From: Azolla caroliniana
Taxonomy: Eukaryota > Plantae > Polypodiophyta
Direction of reading: 5' to 3'
Assembly: GCA_043228905.1 (NCBI GenBank)
Contig: JBHGNT010000002.1
Coordinates: 16,802,001-16,866,000, forward strand
Length of the DNA: 64,000 nucleotides
The notes under the pieces were generated by a model. It had not been told where the DNA came from. It saw only the letters and a list, made by a program, of their open reading frames with translations, and did not search any database. Positions 38,016-51,500 of this stretch are shown piece after piece. The position numbers and the translations under genes were made by a program. How positions within the stretch are numbered: position 1 is the stretch's first letter; each line of letters starts with the position of its first letter.

Positions 38016-41000
38016 TTATTGTACCACATGGGAAAGACCAGCCTTTTCTGCTGCAATAGCGGCCAGTTTCTTGATCTTTCTGAAATCTTTTGCTTCTACC
38101 AGAGCTTTATTGAATATTGCATCAGACAAAACAACAGCTGTAACCCCTGCTATCAAATATTGTTCGATTGATTCTGAATAAAAAATAAGGATTCTTTAGA
38201 TGTTCCCCAGGCATATACAGTAAATATCATTAACATTTGTAGGAAATGAACTCTAAAGCAATCTAATAGTCTCTTACCCAAAGCAATCCCTTGAGACGCA
38301 ACAAGAGGGATCGAAGGCATTGACTTCCGAATTGCTTCAACCAGTTTCAGTCCACCCATAATTGTTATTGGATACAACTGCACATCACCTTGTATTTTGC
38401 TTTAGGTTCTATATACTTTTTTTTGCCAGAGCATTAATTGTTCAATGGTGAGCTAACAAATGTATTTGTATATTATTGACTTTAGGATTAGGCAATGTTC
38501 ATCTGAAGATCTACACACAAAAATTCAAAAGGAACGGAAGGAGGGGCATATTTTCTGATTATGGGAACCAGACACTCACATTTGTGAACTTTCTCGTTTT
38601 AGGAAATTGACAATTTGATACTGAGACAGACAGAATGTCATGCAGGAAAACCAAAGCAAGATGTCTGACTCTGCCCACTCATTGGCAATATATAACATTT
38701 TGTAATTTCCTCGTTTTCATTTGAGGAAACATACCTTCCTTTTCCCCGGAGTTTCCAGAACTCCTCTTCCCTCCTTCCTACCTTTGTATTTTCCAAAATT
38801 CTAGAACATGAGAGCTACTATGGAAAATTCCCGTAAACGATTGATAATGACACTGTCTTCCCAGTTTAATATCTGCACTACTACTTCCCCAGGCATGTAA
38901 ATTCATTCAGGTAATATGATCACATGATCAATGACTCCCAATTATCCTTCACCATACGACTAAATTTCACAGTTTTTTAAAACATGACACTAATGCATAA
39001 ATTATATTTAATAAGTAACATCTAACATCTTTCTAGCTCCTTTAGAATGTAAGAAAATAACGTCCATTTATTTGACAATCACATTCTTGCTAGTTTCTTA
39101 TTTGCCAACTTTATGCAATTACAATTGGTATTTTCCTGATACAACTTTTAATCTCCAATGATGCAAGGTCACATTATTCCTTCATTCAGTGGTTGTCCTC
39201 ACAGATGGACTCAATTTTTTATTGCATCCTGTTCATAGATCTTCACTTCAAGTGATGAAAACATTCCAACTTATACTCTTCCTTTCTTGTGGATTCTTTG
39301 AACCCGTATAGATAAAAGGCAAGAAATTCAGAGGCAAGTACCCTTCCTTATGAATCATGAAGGGAGTTCAAAACCTATGCTATTTTCTTTTAATGTGTAA
39401 TTGATATTCATAAGAAGCAAAGCTACTGCATCTACTATGAAACAATGAACTAGAAGGACAATAAATCAGACAATGGGTTCAGTAAATTACCTTAACTAAG
39501 CATGCCCCCCAGTTGAAAGCATTAAAAACCTATATCAGATGATGAAACTGATGAACCCTTTCTTCGTGGTATCTCAAAAGGACAAGCATAGAATTTGAAC
39601 CAGACTGTCATACTTCATTCGGGGTGATAGCACCTGGAATGATGAGTGTAGGTTCACAGCAATGGGCTTCTATCAGCTTCTGTACAATGAAAGAGCAATT
39701 CTTTCTGTAAGGAAGACCCACGTGTCATCAAGTTGTGACAAAGAAATTGAAATCATTCAGATTGACACAACACCTGCATTGTTATAGGGCTCATTAGAAA
39801 TTTAGCTCCTACTTCTTTGGCTGAATTAGCATCTAATGTGGATAGAACTGTTCCAGCCTGTACAAGGAATCGTTATAGCTTGGTTGTGATAACCAGACAA
39901 ACAAACACACTGTAATTGATTATGGAGAAATTACAGAAACTTACCCCTATAACTGCAGAAGGATATTCATCCACTAGAGTTGCAATAGCCTGAAAGTTTT
40001 AATTTTAAAAAGAAGGATGAGATTCTCATTGCTTGAGAAAAATAGAAAATCATAAGCAAATATCGATAAAAAGTTAGGCACATTCTGTAAGCACAAGTTA
40101 GTTTGAATTTAGGGTGTACATTTAGCCCAGAAGGAAAAAACTAACAAATCCAATGCAAATACGTAAAGAAGTTAAATAGCTATCTTGATTTTCCAATCAA
40201 TGCATATAATTGTCAACTTCATTGCTCATAGCCTGAACCAAAAACTATTATACTTCTCGTGCCATTAAAACTGCAGGGCCACATGCATTCTCATGAAAGG
40301 TCCATAGAATCCTGCCTTTATTTCAAACATTTTCAGATGTGATAAGTAGCTACATTCACATTGAAATAAATGATAGCCAGTCACAAATGGATTGGAACAA
40401 AACATGATCTTATTTGTTAAAAAATGCAAATCCATATTATTGTATTCTAAAGAATATATATCTAAATTGAGCATATCCACTTAACAGCAAGGTTAACAAT
40501 ATGAAAGCACATTTGGCAAATGTAAATAGATGCAAGATTGCAAATATCCTGTAAACTGTGGTAGTCTATAAATTCATGTGTGAGAAAAAGAGAAATACTT
40601 TTCAAACTATGGAATCTTCAAGCACATTAATCTAAGTATTCTAACCACTATATTTTTGGTGTACAATGAGAGAGAGAGAAAAAAAAAATTGGTTTATAGA
40701 TGGATCAAGAGAGCTGACCTTCAATGCATCTGGTGTATTCATCGTGACTTCTAACTGTTTGGAGAATCCAATATTAGGAAATAAGTAATGGAAAGTCTGC
40801 AAATTCCTTCTCCAAAAGCGAAGTTTAATGAACTTACCACGTTCACACCACCATCGAGTGCGGCACGTGCCATGTCCAGGGCGATATCCCCACTGAAAAC
40901 ACAAAGAAAATATTAAAAGAAACGGAATCGAAGAGAATTGGATGTGTGAAAGGAGAAGAACGTCAATAAAGTGGAAATGGAAAGAAACAATAAAAGGAAC

Positions 41001-41443
41001 GGCAAAATTGATTTACAATCAAAACGCAGTGATTGAAACGGATAAGTGATACGATACGAAAAGAAAGGGAGAGAGAATGTGGAAGAAACGAAGAAAATGT
41101 GCAGAGAAACAGGGAAACGGAGGTGTGAGACATGTGTTAGGGTCAGGGTCCTTTTTTTTCTTTTTCTTTTTCTTCTTTTTTTTTACCTGCTCCACCTAAC
41201 ACAGGCGATGATGCGAGATTGGGAGATACTTGCTAACGTCGATTCTTTCTGTTCATGGTGATGCTTCTCATGTGGCAAGCAAGCAGAAACGAAGGAAGAA
41301 GGAGACGATGATCTGCTCCTTCTGCTGCGGCCATTACTCCCTGACGAGATGTCGGAGAAGACATTATATGTCACAACAGAAGAAGAAGAAGAAGAAGAAG
41401 AAGAAGAAGAAGGATGGAGAGGGAGAGAAATCATGGACACCAT
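38016..41443 (-). CDS. eda: KDPG/KHG aldolase (Eda-like, class I), about 279 aa, Ser-rich N-terminal extension; exons 41443-41187, 40892-40838, 40754-40719, 39989-39945, 39857-39774, 39679-39614, 39529-39491, 38377-38278, 38173-38016
   Basis: All introns GT-AG, spliced length 840 nt in one frame; IIACVR, AALDGGVNVLEVT, VIGAGTVL, GAKFLMSP, IPGAITPNE, VKLYP (Schiff-base Lys), LVASQGI; start codon inferred. Confidence 0.88.
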
Positions 41444-41469
41444 ATCATCATCATCATCATCATCATCAT
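41377..41469. repeat. (GAA)n and (CAT)n microsatellites
   Basis: The GAA run encodes poly-Ser in aldolase exon 1; the CAT run abuts the inferred start codon. Confidence 0.9.
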
Positions 41470-41818
41470 GAGGCGAGCCACATCTTCTGCTTCTGTTCTG
41501 CTTCTTCTTGGACACAAATTTACAATGGGAGGAGAAGAGTCTTTTTTTTATGGCCCTCAGAAGTATGTATGTATATGTATGTACATACATACACATAATG
41601 ATAAAGAGTCATGAAAAGAATGAAGAAGATGATGATCACTAGGCAAAGAAGATTTATAACTTGTTTTTTATGTCACTCTTACCATTATTACTACTATTAC
41701 AATTCACAACTATAGAGTATATATATACATAGAGAGAGATAGATAGATAGATTATAGATAGATTATATTATCGTCTTCGGAGGTCAAATATGACCTATGA
41801 GACCAAAAATATTACATT

Positions 41819-44800
41819 TCACGTGATACGTGTGAAAGTGAGTAGTGACTCTCGATGTTCAAGAACTTTACCAATGAATGTTGCAATCGAGAGTGCACAT
41901 TGTGGTTGTGAGAGGAATTCATGCAAAGATTGGGCTCGATCGAAGAGATGTGGAAAGCATGGTCGAATATGATCAAAGGCAGAGCATTGTATCAAAGTGT
42001 GATACTCAGACTCGCGAACTTGTTTAGGGCAAAGTGTGCATAGCCGACCACTCTCATCACTTGTACCCCAACGCCCTGTTTCACATCGCAATGCATGTGA
42101 GCTAAGTCGCATGGAAGCAATGGTTCGAATGGAAGATAACGGTATGGGCTCTAACATGTATGGATGTGTACGATTTCCCCGTTCCGCAAAGAATATGGTT
42201 TTGTAGTTAGGTGCAACATGTGTAGTATAATGTGTGAAGCGTGAGCCTCCAAATTTGTCCCATGTCATGATACATTGGCGTTGCAAAAATGCCTCATTTA
42301 CAGAGGAATCTAATGATGCATCATGAAGCAAGTGTCTTGCATCCCATCTACCAAACCATTTTTCTATATCTTGCATCCAACCGGAACACAAAATTTTGCT
42401 TTTATGCGTCTTTTGGATCTTTTTGCTTGCTTCCCACGCAATTCTAGGAAGTCGATGTGAGGGACTTTTTTGAACCTTAAGCATGTATTCAACAACCCTT
42501 TCCATGGCCATGATCTCAATGGGAAGCGATCCTGTCTCAAGGAGGAGGAGGGTGTAGGGCGTTTGTTTCTTAACTTGTAGAAACTTGGTAAGAAAATGCT
42601 TTTGGACATTTTCAAACTCTTTCCACATAGATTTAGGGATGCTACTGCCCCATACTTCCACCCCATAGAGAAGAACCGGTGTCATCAAAGTGTCGAAAAG
42701 ATATTTCTTGAGGACCCAACACTTAATATCTCCAAGATTGCATGTGTTCTCAAATGCATAGTATGCTCGCTTGCCCGCCTCTAAGCGGTGTGTAGCACAT
42801 TCATTCCATCTATGATTTGAAGGAACTTCAAGGCCAAGATATTTGAAGCTTTCCACACATTTAAGTGGCTCATTGTTGTACATAATGCATGGTTTATCTC
42901 TTTTTTGGCTCTTCACAAGCATAATCTTTGTTTTAGAGCTATTGACACTTAATTTAGTATGCATGCAAAAAATTTCCAATGCCTTCATAAGCTTTTGTGC
43001 ATCTCCTAAAGTATTTGCAAAAAGCACTACATCATCTGCATATAACAAAAGCATAATCACAACATTCCCAATGGCAACTTCTGCAACACATTCTTCCTTT
43101 GCAAACTTGGTAACCATTTCTTCCAATTCATCAATGCATAGACCAAATAGTGTTGGTGAGAGTGGGCATCCTTGCTTAACACCAATAGTGCTTTTGAAAA
43201 AATCTGAAAGTTTATCTCTCATGCGCACACAACATATAACCTTCTCATAAATTCGGGAAATTGCAAGCATATATTCACTTGGCACCTCAAGTTCTTCCAT
43301 TCGCCTCCAAAGATGCTCACGAGGTACCATATCAAAAGCTTTCTTGAAGTCTACAAAGCAACAATATAAACCATTACCTCTAAGGCGACTTTCCTCCATT
43401 AATACTCGAAGGGTGATAAGGTGATCAATGGTGCTATGGTGTTTCCGAAAGCCAGCTTGTCCATAAGCTCTCTTACCACTTTTTTCAGCCCATACACTTA
43501 TCTTTGATTCCATTATACATCCAAATAGTTTTGCCATTAATGAGCCAACCATGATGGTTCGATAGTTGTTTACATTATTTATATCTCCACCTTTATGTAA
43601 AGGTTTGATCCAATTTGTAGTCCAATCGTACGGCATACCATGTTGCAATGCATCATTAAACATATCGATTATCCATATATGTGCTTCATTTCCCGTCCAT
43701 TTGAGCATTTCAGCCTTTATACATTGAAGATCGCTTGCCTTTCGAGAGGCCAATTTCTTAAGTCCTATGCATATATCTTCAATTGTAAAGAAGGGAGGCA
43801 TATGTGAAAGAGAACCATAACACATCATCTTTCCGGAAAGAGATAACTCATATAAATTCTTACAATGCATAGACAAGTCGTGAAGAGTTAAGTCACCATA
43901 ACTCTCAACACGTTTTCCCTTTAGATTTCCCCAAAATTTAGCACATGCATGTGCTTTCTCTTGCGTTTGGATAAATTGTTGAGTAACTTCCCATATTCTT
44001 CTCTTTCTTTGAATAAGCCTTTTATACTCATGCAAATGCTTTTGGTAATTCTCTTTATCCTTAACTACATCCAAAACCATAAGGCACTTTCGAGCTTCAT
44101 GACATTCTTTATCAAACCATTTTTTCCTAAGTTTCTTGGTGCATTTCCAAGATGTGCGGTTGGTCGAAAAACATTTGTTTGTACATGAGAGAATGACTTT
44201 CTTGAAAGCTTCCCATTTGCATTCTAGTGTGGCACCATCTTGTATCTTTGTCATTTGTAACATATCTTCAACCATCTTGGAGTACATGGGTGCTCGCTTA
44301 AGGTTCATGCTCAAGTGCGGTTGTTTATTATCTTCAATAGCCTTCTTACAATCAAACCTATGCATACATTTGAGATCAATACATAAAGGCCTATAATCGG
44401 ATTCCGGTGTCCATTCACCAAGTGAGAATTTATGTATACGATCCAAAATACCTTCGGAAAGTAGCACATAATCAATCACACTATTTCCGTTGTGTTTTCT
44501 ACATGTAAAACCATTAGTGTTGGGCCATAAGGAAATACCATTTGCAATAAGCAATCCGGTACTATTGCACATTTGTAGGAGTAACTTCCCAAATTGGTCT
44601 GGATCTTTTTCATCGCTAGAAGAGCGGTTATACATTTGCATATCCTCTTGCATCCTTGAGATATGTGGCATGAAAGATTCTTGTGAATCAAGTTGGAAAC
44701 TTCTTGTACGAGCATTCATGTCACCAAAGACAATAACTTCCCTTTGGATTTGAAATAAGAAATATCATCTTCTAGATTGGCAAACGGTTGATCTTTATCC

Positions 44801-45192
44801 AAACAAGCATAAAAGTTAGAATCTTGATGAGGAATGTAACATCCAACTACAAAAGTGGGCAAATAATTAGGTGTTTCTATTTTGAGCCATATGTAGCATT
44901 TATTTTCATCATTTTTTATGATTGACACATATTTCTCTATTTCCTTCTTAATCAAACATGCCACTCCTCCTTGTCCTCTTCTTTTTCTTGGATTTTTCTT
45001 CCATATCAAAGAGTGTACATTATAGTTTCCTAAACCTTGAATCCTTTGAGTATCATGCTCCCATGTTTCAACAAGAAGTGTGATATCCGAGTCATCGGTG
45101 AACTCCTCTATGCCAAATCCTGCATTCCATGGGTATCCATTGCAATTCCAAAAGCATAGTCGTAAAAGTCGTGGGTTAGTCTCATAGATCAC
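41819..45192 (-). pseudogene. LINE ORF2 (AP endonuclease, RT, C-terminal Cys/His motif) with one frameshift at ~44740
   Basis: FWNCNG, LLVETW, FGDMNART, SVIDY, ESDYRP, FVDFKKAFD, GVKQGCPLSPTLF, LLYADD, CTLC..EYHTLIQC. Confidence 0.92.
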
Positions 45193-45198
45193 GTGTCC

Positions 45199-46068
45199 CT
45201 ATTTGCCTACATTGCCATCTTTAGGCACATCCTTAACCTTGTTTTTCAATCTTTCTTCATATGCTTTACGACGAGCATTTTGTTGTGAGATAGTGCGATC
45301 TTCACTCACAAAGCATTGTGTACCTTTGAGGTATACCCAACTATTTTCGAGTATGATCCGCCGCTTTGTATCATCTGTCATTGTGCATACAATAGGCCTT
45401 TCTCCGGAGCGAGTAACACCATGTTTCCCAACTCGGTGTGCCCCATATACATTCACATCTGACATCCCATAATGCATGCTAAAAAATTCACCAATGGCCT
45501 TTCCAAGGGATGCGGGTGTTTCAATACTCTCTTCTTTAATCCCACGGACAACAATGTTCTTTGATCGTCGTTCACGTTCTTTCAATTCTCGGACATCTAT
45601 GTTTTCTATATTCTTCTCTTGATACATCACATGCATATTAGATGAGTTTGATAGCATATCCCCACCACATACATCGGCCCATGACTTCGTTGTACATACA
45701 TTTTTCATCTCACTTACATCCCGCCTCATCGTGTCCAATTTTTCTTCTTTTAATGCTTCTTTTAACTCAATCTTGTTAAGGCGCTCATTTGTTTCAAAAG
45801 AAGCTCTTTTACATTCTTGAATCTCTTCTTGAAGTTTTGCAACCACTTGTTTAAGACTTTCATTCTCAATGACAACACTTTGGAGCTTAGTATTCTCTTT
45901 CATTAACATCCTAATCTCTTCACCTTGTTTGTTTATGGTTTCTTGAAGAGAAATCAAGTGACTCATAAGCATTTTGTCCATTGCATTAGAATCGAGATTT
46001 GTTGGTGATCTCGGCTCATTATCAATCATACCCCCGAACTTTGCGGCGGTTTTACGAGTATTTGCCAT
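45199..46068 (-). CDS. LINE ORF1 protein (coiled coil plus RRM-like region), 289 aa
   Basis: Heptad-rich N-half, then RERRSKNIVVRGIKE, AHRVGK, RPIV, FVSEDRT typical of LINE ORF1. Confidence 0.85.
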   Translation of the reverse strand: MANTRKTAAKFGGMIDNEPRSPTNLDSNAMDKMLMSHLISLQETINKQGEEIRMLMKENTKLQSVVIENESLKQVVAKLQEEIQECKRASFETNERLNKIELKEALKEEKLDTMRRDVSEMKNVCTTKSWADVCGGDMLSNSSNMHVMYQEKNIENIDVRELKERERRSKNIVVRGIKEESIETPASLGKAIGEFFSMHYGMSDVNVYGAHRVGKHGVTRSGERPIVCTMTDDTKRRIILENSWVYLKGTQCFVSEDRTISQQNARRKAYEERLKNKVKDVPKDGNVGK

Positions 46069-46306
46069 TGTAGGGACAAACTCTACGGGAAAAGAGAGAT
46101 AGAGAGGGAAGGAGAGAGAATGTACCTTTAACTCGATTTAGGGCTTCAAAATCTACCTTCCGTTTGAGGAACCGTGGGGCAAAGATGGCTGCAGATGAAA
46201 ATGCTCATAACTTCTCGCCACGGTAACGGAATTCAGTAAATGAACATTCTTTAGAAAGCTCTCTCAAAGAGCTTTCCAACGAGCTATAGAACGTAGAAAA
46301 CGATGG

Positions 46307-46308
<2 letters not shown>

Positions 46309-46355
<47 letters not shown>
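46309..46355. repeat. (GA)n microsatellite at the LINE 5' end
   Basis: Direct reading. Confidence 0.95.
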
Positions 46356-46357
<2 letters not shown>

Positions 46358-46414
46358 AAGAAGTTGTATTCAGGGGAAAATGAGAGAGAGAGAGAGAGAG
46401 GGAGAGAGGAGCGA

Positions 46415-46890
46415 CTTTAATATCGTCTCGAGAGAAAAGTATTACATTTCAAGTTTATTACCAATCAATGTAGCAATTGAGAGTACACATTGTGACTGCT
46501 TTCTTTCCGTGCAAGGATTGGTTCATGATGATATTCGCAAAACTTTGTTATCATTCCAGTTATATGAAAAAACTTTCAAGAATTAGTTTAGTGCTTCATA
46601 CTATCCATGCATGTGCTTCCTTTCCCCATCCATTTGAGAATTTCGACTTTCATCCATTGAAGATCACTTGCCTTTCAAAAGGCTACTTTCTTAATACATA
46701 TGCACACATCTTCAATCATAAAGAAGGGAAGCATTGAATCGAACCCTTTACTTCGTATCGTCAACCATTGTGCATACAATATGCCTTTCTCATGAACAAC
46801 CAAACACCATGTTTCCCAACTTAGTAGTGTACCCCATACAAATTCATATCTAACGTACCATAGTGCATTCTAAAGAAATTACCGATGACC
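46415..46890 (-). mobile_element. Highly deleted older LINE copy (3' end plus ORF1 remnant, continuing at ~57540-57710)
   Basis: 46415-46510 resembles 41770-41930; 46750-46880 resembles 45360-45500; 57590-57706 resembles 45830-45958. Confidence 0.6.
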
Positions 46891-46894
46891 TTCT

Positions 46895-48528
46895 TGTTGA
46901 GAAGCAAGCTCAACATGGGCCGGACCGGTTGTACTAGCCGAGAGCAAGATTGGGTGAAGACCAATCTGCTAGGCCCAGATCGGATCAGAGAACCGGTAGG
47001 CCGTTGGAGGCCTACGATTTTAGCCTAATAGATAGGCATACTATTAGGAGTTAGTGTCAGTCGCTCAGTTATGAGCATTGAAGTACATGCCAGTCCTTTT
47101 AAGGACTTGTATAGAAGTGCTCACAGAGCACACTTGTATGTACAGACAAAGTATTATTTTTTATATAGAATTTTTGTGTTCTGCTCTCTCTGTCTCTCCC
47201 AAGTTCTCTGTGTGTTATCTGAGTTTCCATTAAACCTTCGCTTACTTTCTGTTTCTATCCGGATGTAACCGGTTGTGTCCTTTAGCTTCCCACGCTATTC
47301 TTTACATGGTATCAGAGCGCGAGGGTTGAGAATGCTCTGTTGCTAACAAGTGCTCAGACAACCAAAACCTAACACCCAGTAAAGAACACAAAAAGAAAAA
47401 AGAATGGACAGAAGCATGCAAGTTCGCTTCCAACGAAAAAGCTCAATAGGGGACACTATGCATCTTGGTCTTACAAGATGCACCAATATCTTCTTGGACA
47501 CAAATACTAGAGTTACGTGGAAGGAGCAAACGAGGTAGTGCCAGAAACGACACACAGGGAATTCCTAGTGTGGGAGCAAGAAATAGGTTGAGTCTTGTAC
47601 TGTCTTGCATCCTGTGTACACGATCAGATGTTGGGCTTCATTCGAGATACGAAGACGCCGAAGGAGGCTTGGGAAATTTTGAAGAAGATTTTCGCCGCAA
47701 GTACCACGGCCCAGAAGTTGCAACTCCGGCAAGAGCTCAACAATATCCGACAAAGGGATATGACAGTGACCGACTACACCATGAAGATAAAGGAGATCTG
47801 CGACGCCCTCAATGTGACGGTGGATGAGGACGAGATGGTACAGATCTGCCTCAGTGCTCTAGTGCATAGGTACGGAACAATCCGGACGGCTATTTGCGCA
47901 TGGGAGAAACCACTATCATTCTTCGACTTGCAATCGATGCTTCTAGTCGAAGAAAACCATGCGGGTGCATCAAGGAGCACACAATCCGACAGTGGATGTT
48001 GTACACGGAGGCGGATCAGCCCTATGGACGTGGACGACAAGGTGGATCAGCACACAACGGAGGCAGCCGACAAGAGCAGAATCAAAGGCATAATCAACAT
48101 GCCAACAGCAGTTCCGGACCCTGCACGATTAGGGGGAGTCAAGGCGGTGTCAGAAATTGGCAAGCAAAGGCCGAAACAGAATGTTGGTATTGTGGCCGGA
48201 AAGGCCACCGGGAGAGCGAGTGTTGGAAGAAGCGCGCTGATTCAAACAAATCCAAATCGAGGAAAGCCGAACACGGAAATCGACAGCGATTGCACTACGT
48301 TGAAGGATCGGAAGGATCCGGAACCGGAAAGGGCCCAACCTTTGCAATGACGCACAAGGAAAATTCGATGAAGAAGAGCACCTCGAAACCGAACGAAGTG
48401 TGGTACGTCAACTCTGGAGCATCGAATCATATGATGAGTCATGAAGAGTGGTTCTCATATCTAGAGAAATTGGAACAACCGAGAGTCGTCGAAACCAGTG
48501 ATGACATTGCGCATCCGATCGAACATGT
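46895..48528 (+). mobile_element. Copia (A/B/C family) 5' part: LTR 46895-47306, PBS 47307-47318, gag and protease start
   Basis: TGTTGAG..TACA, TGGTATCAGAGC, CWYCGRKGHRESEC, WYVNSGASNHM; truncated by the next element. Confidence 0.85.
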
Positions 48529-51500
48529 CGTTGAATACTAGTCTATAATGGTCGTAATACACATTGTATCTTGGACAAACTAGATTTAGGACAATTCTGT
48601 AAATATGTCAAAGGGAAGTTGCCCTATCCCAGTTAGTATGTATATAAGGGGCTTTGTAACCTAGGTTGTTGTTGTTGCATTTGTTAGAGAGTTGTCACCT
48701 CCGTTGTTGTAACCATTTTTTTCTGAATAAGAGTTGTTACATTGTGTGCCTCTTTCTCCCTCCCTCTCTCTCTCTCTCATTCTGTTCTTTGATCTTGCTT
48801 CCACTCGTACACTTTGTTATCTTCATAGCAAGGTGTTGATTATGTTTTCTCTTTGACGGTCTCAATTCCCAACATTTGGTATCAGAGCAGAGGTTCTTCA
48901 AACCGCTCATGGTCATCATTTATTCTCAACAACTTTCTTGCCCATGTCTTCCTTGAAGAACTTGAGTTCAAGATCTCATCTAGAGGAGATAAAGAAAACT
49001 GAAGATTCGAACTCGACTTCGCTAGATCACTTGTAAGGTAAGCCAATCAGTTGTACCTTGCTTCTGTGATTGGAGCCGCTAGGAGTGGAATATCCATCAA
49101 ATCTGCCTTGATCGTGCTTTACCAACTTAGACACTTTCTACTCATTTGTTGTAACCTCTCAAAGCAAATCCAGCTCCTAGGAACAACCCCAATTCGTGTT
49201 TCATTCGGTCGAATGACACTCAGGAGGACTAGCCGGCTCTGTCCCTCTCATCGTTGCAGTCACCCGAAGCAGGATTAGGCTGGATAATCTGTGATCAACA
49301 TCTTGGAATTGACAGTCGACATTGAATCAGCAAATTCAAGTCCAATTCGGCTAAGTTGATTGATTGTAGTCACTTTGGACTGAATCCTCCAATAATCGAA
49401 GTCGATTCGACTTGTGTCCAAATCCAACGAGAACAACATTGAGTGAGCCAGTCGGCCACACTCCACCACTGTTCGTATTCAACTCCGGACAAAATCTAGT
49501 AAATCGACACAAATGGCATCAACATTGGGCTAGTCAGAGATGAGTCTAAGGAAATTCGACGGATCGAATTCCAACTTCTAGAAGGAGCAGATGCAAGACT
49601 ATTTGATAGTCAAAGGTCAAATAGATCCAATCGAGAACGAAAACCCTCCAAAAGGAATCAAGCCGAATGAGTGGACGAAACTTGATAGGTTTGTTCGAGC
49701 CACCATTCAGATGCACCTGTCAGAGTTAGTGTACTTCACACTGCAATCGTGTTCGACTGCCTTTCAACTATGGAAGACATTGTCGGACACCTACGAGAAG
49801 AAAGTCGCTGCCACAAAGATATATTTGATTCGGCGCCTCTACAACCTACAGATGAAAGAATCTAACTCGGTCCAGGCACACCTGAACAAGTACGAAAGTT
49901 TAAGCTCCCAGATCTCAACTCAGGGAACGACAATCGAAGATGAACTAAGAGCAATGTTGCTCATGAGTAGTCTCCCCCCTTCGTGGGAAACTTTCGTCAC
50001 AACTGTGTGCAATGCTTCTACTGCCGCGGTGAAGTACTCCGAAGTTACGAGCGCAATACTAACTGAAGCAGCTCAGAGGAAATCGTTTGCGAAAGATTGA
50101 CAGATGAAGCTTATGTAGTACAAGGTTCGCTAACCGACTGAACAATCGAGGAAGAAGTTCTTCTCGATAGTCGAACAATCAGTGAAGTCGGAGTAAGTCC
50201 CGAGACAATCGAAGACGGGCACATCAAAGTTGATTGTCATGCACTCAAAGCCAAGAATGATACGGCTCAGCGAGCTTATCAAAAGAGTGGTCGGCATGAG
50301 GAGGTCAATTACATTGGCTCTTCAGCCGAAGTATTGTCGAACGACCCGAACATACTATCCATTGAAAACCCAGTTGAATAAAAAGTTCTGCTTACGAATG
50401 AGGAATTGAGCACATGGCTCTTGGATTCAGGCATGTCCTACCATGTGACCCCTCACAAATCCCAATTTCGGCAATATTTGGTCCGACACTCTGACTCAGT
50501 ATGAGTCGGAAATTCACAGTATTGCGTTATTATCAAAATCGGCACAGTAGATCTTAACCTTCCGAGTGGCTCTACATTGGTACTGCACAATGTCTGATAT
50601 GTACCTAAGCTCTCACGACTGTTGATCTAAGTCGGAAAATTAGATGAAGACGGCATCCGTGTCGGCTTCTCATGAACAGGGTGGACACTCCATAGAGGGA
50701 ACCTCCTAATAGCTCGAGGACCAAAAGTACATTCGTTGTACCTGTTATATGTCACACTCAAAGAGGGTGACGTGTTCCTGGTGGACATTCCTGTGTCATC
50801 ACTATGGCATGGACGACTGGAACATCTCAGCAAGGCCGACATCACGCGTCTATCTAGAGCCTGATACATCCCCAAACTCTCCTTCTTCGATCATCAATTC
50901 TGTGAGCATTGCCAGTATGGCAAACAGATAGTCGCATCACACCGGACATCAGCACTAAGACAATCGAGTCCACTCGGTCTGGTCCACTCGGATGTTTGTG
51001 GTCATATGCCACATCAATCTCTCGGTGGTGCCTTGTACTTTGTTAGCTTTATTGACGACTCGACTCACAAGGTGTGGGCTTATCCGATCAAAACCAAAGA
51101 TCGAGTGTTCTCAATTTTTTCCGAATGTCTCACTATGGTAGAGAACCAGTCTGGTAGAAAGCTGAAATGCCTTCAGACCGACAATGGAGGAGAGTTCAAT
51201 TCTGAAGAATTCGTCAGATTATGCTGACAATGCGGCATTCGACGTGAATACACGGCACCGTATATTTTAGAGAAGAATGGAATGGCCGAGCGCATGAATC
51301 AAACCATTATTCAAGAATGGATAGTTTCCATGCTCCAACACTTCGGGCTGTCGAATGGCTTCTGGGCAGAGGCCCTACTTACAGTAGTACACATTATTAA
51401 CATGTCGTTGAGTAGGCCTCTAGGACTTCCAGTACCTCAAGAATTATGGACCAACAGCAAGCCGAATTATGACAAGTTGAGGATTTTCATATGCGAGGCA

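Larger units (their letters stand above)
41735..46308 (-). mobile_element. Near full-length LINE (ORF1 + APE-RT-CCHC) with a TATC-repeat tail, possibly RTE-X-like
   Basis: Two long ORFs, short 3' UTR shared with the copy at 57.9 kb, tandem-repeat tail rather than poly(A); clade assignment is inference. Confidence 0.9.

Noticed and set aside
41444-41596. Longer N-terminus for the aldolase
   Set aside because: Made of simple repeats; the ATG at 41443 gives a more plausible transit peptide, though this is unproven
44730-44750. Programmed frameshift between LINE endonuclease and RT
   Set aside because: It falls inside the endonuclease (KG-EVIVFGD), there is no in-frame slippery heptamer, and one missing G explains it (mutation or sequencing error)
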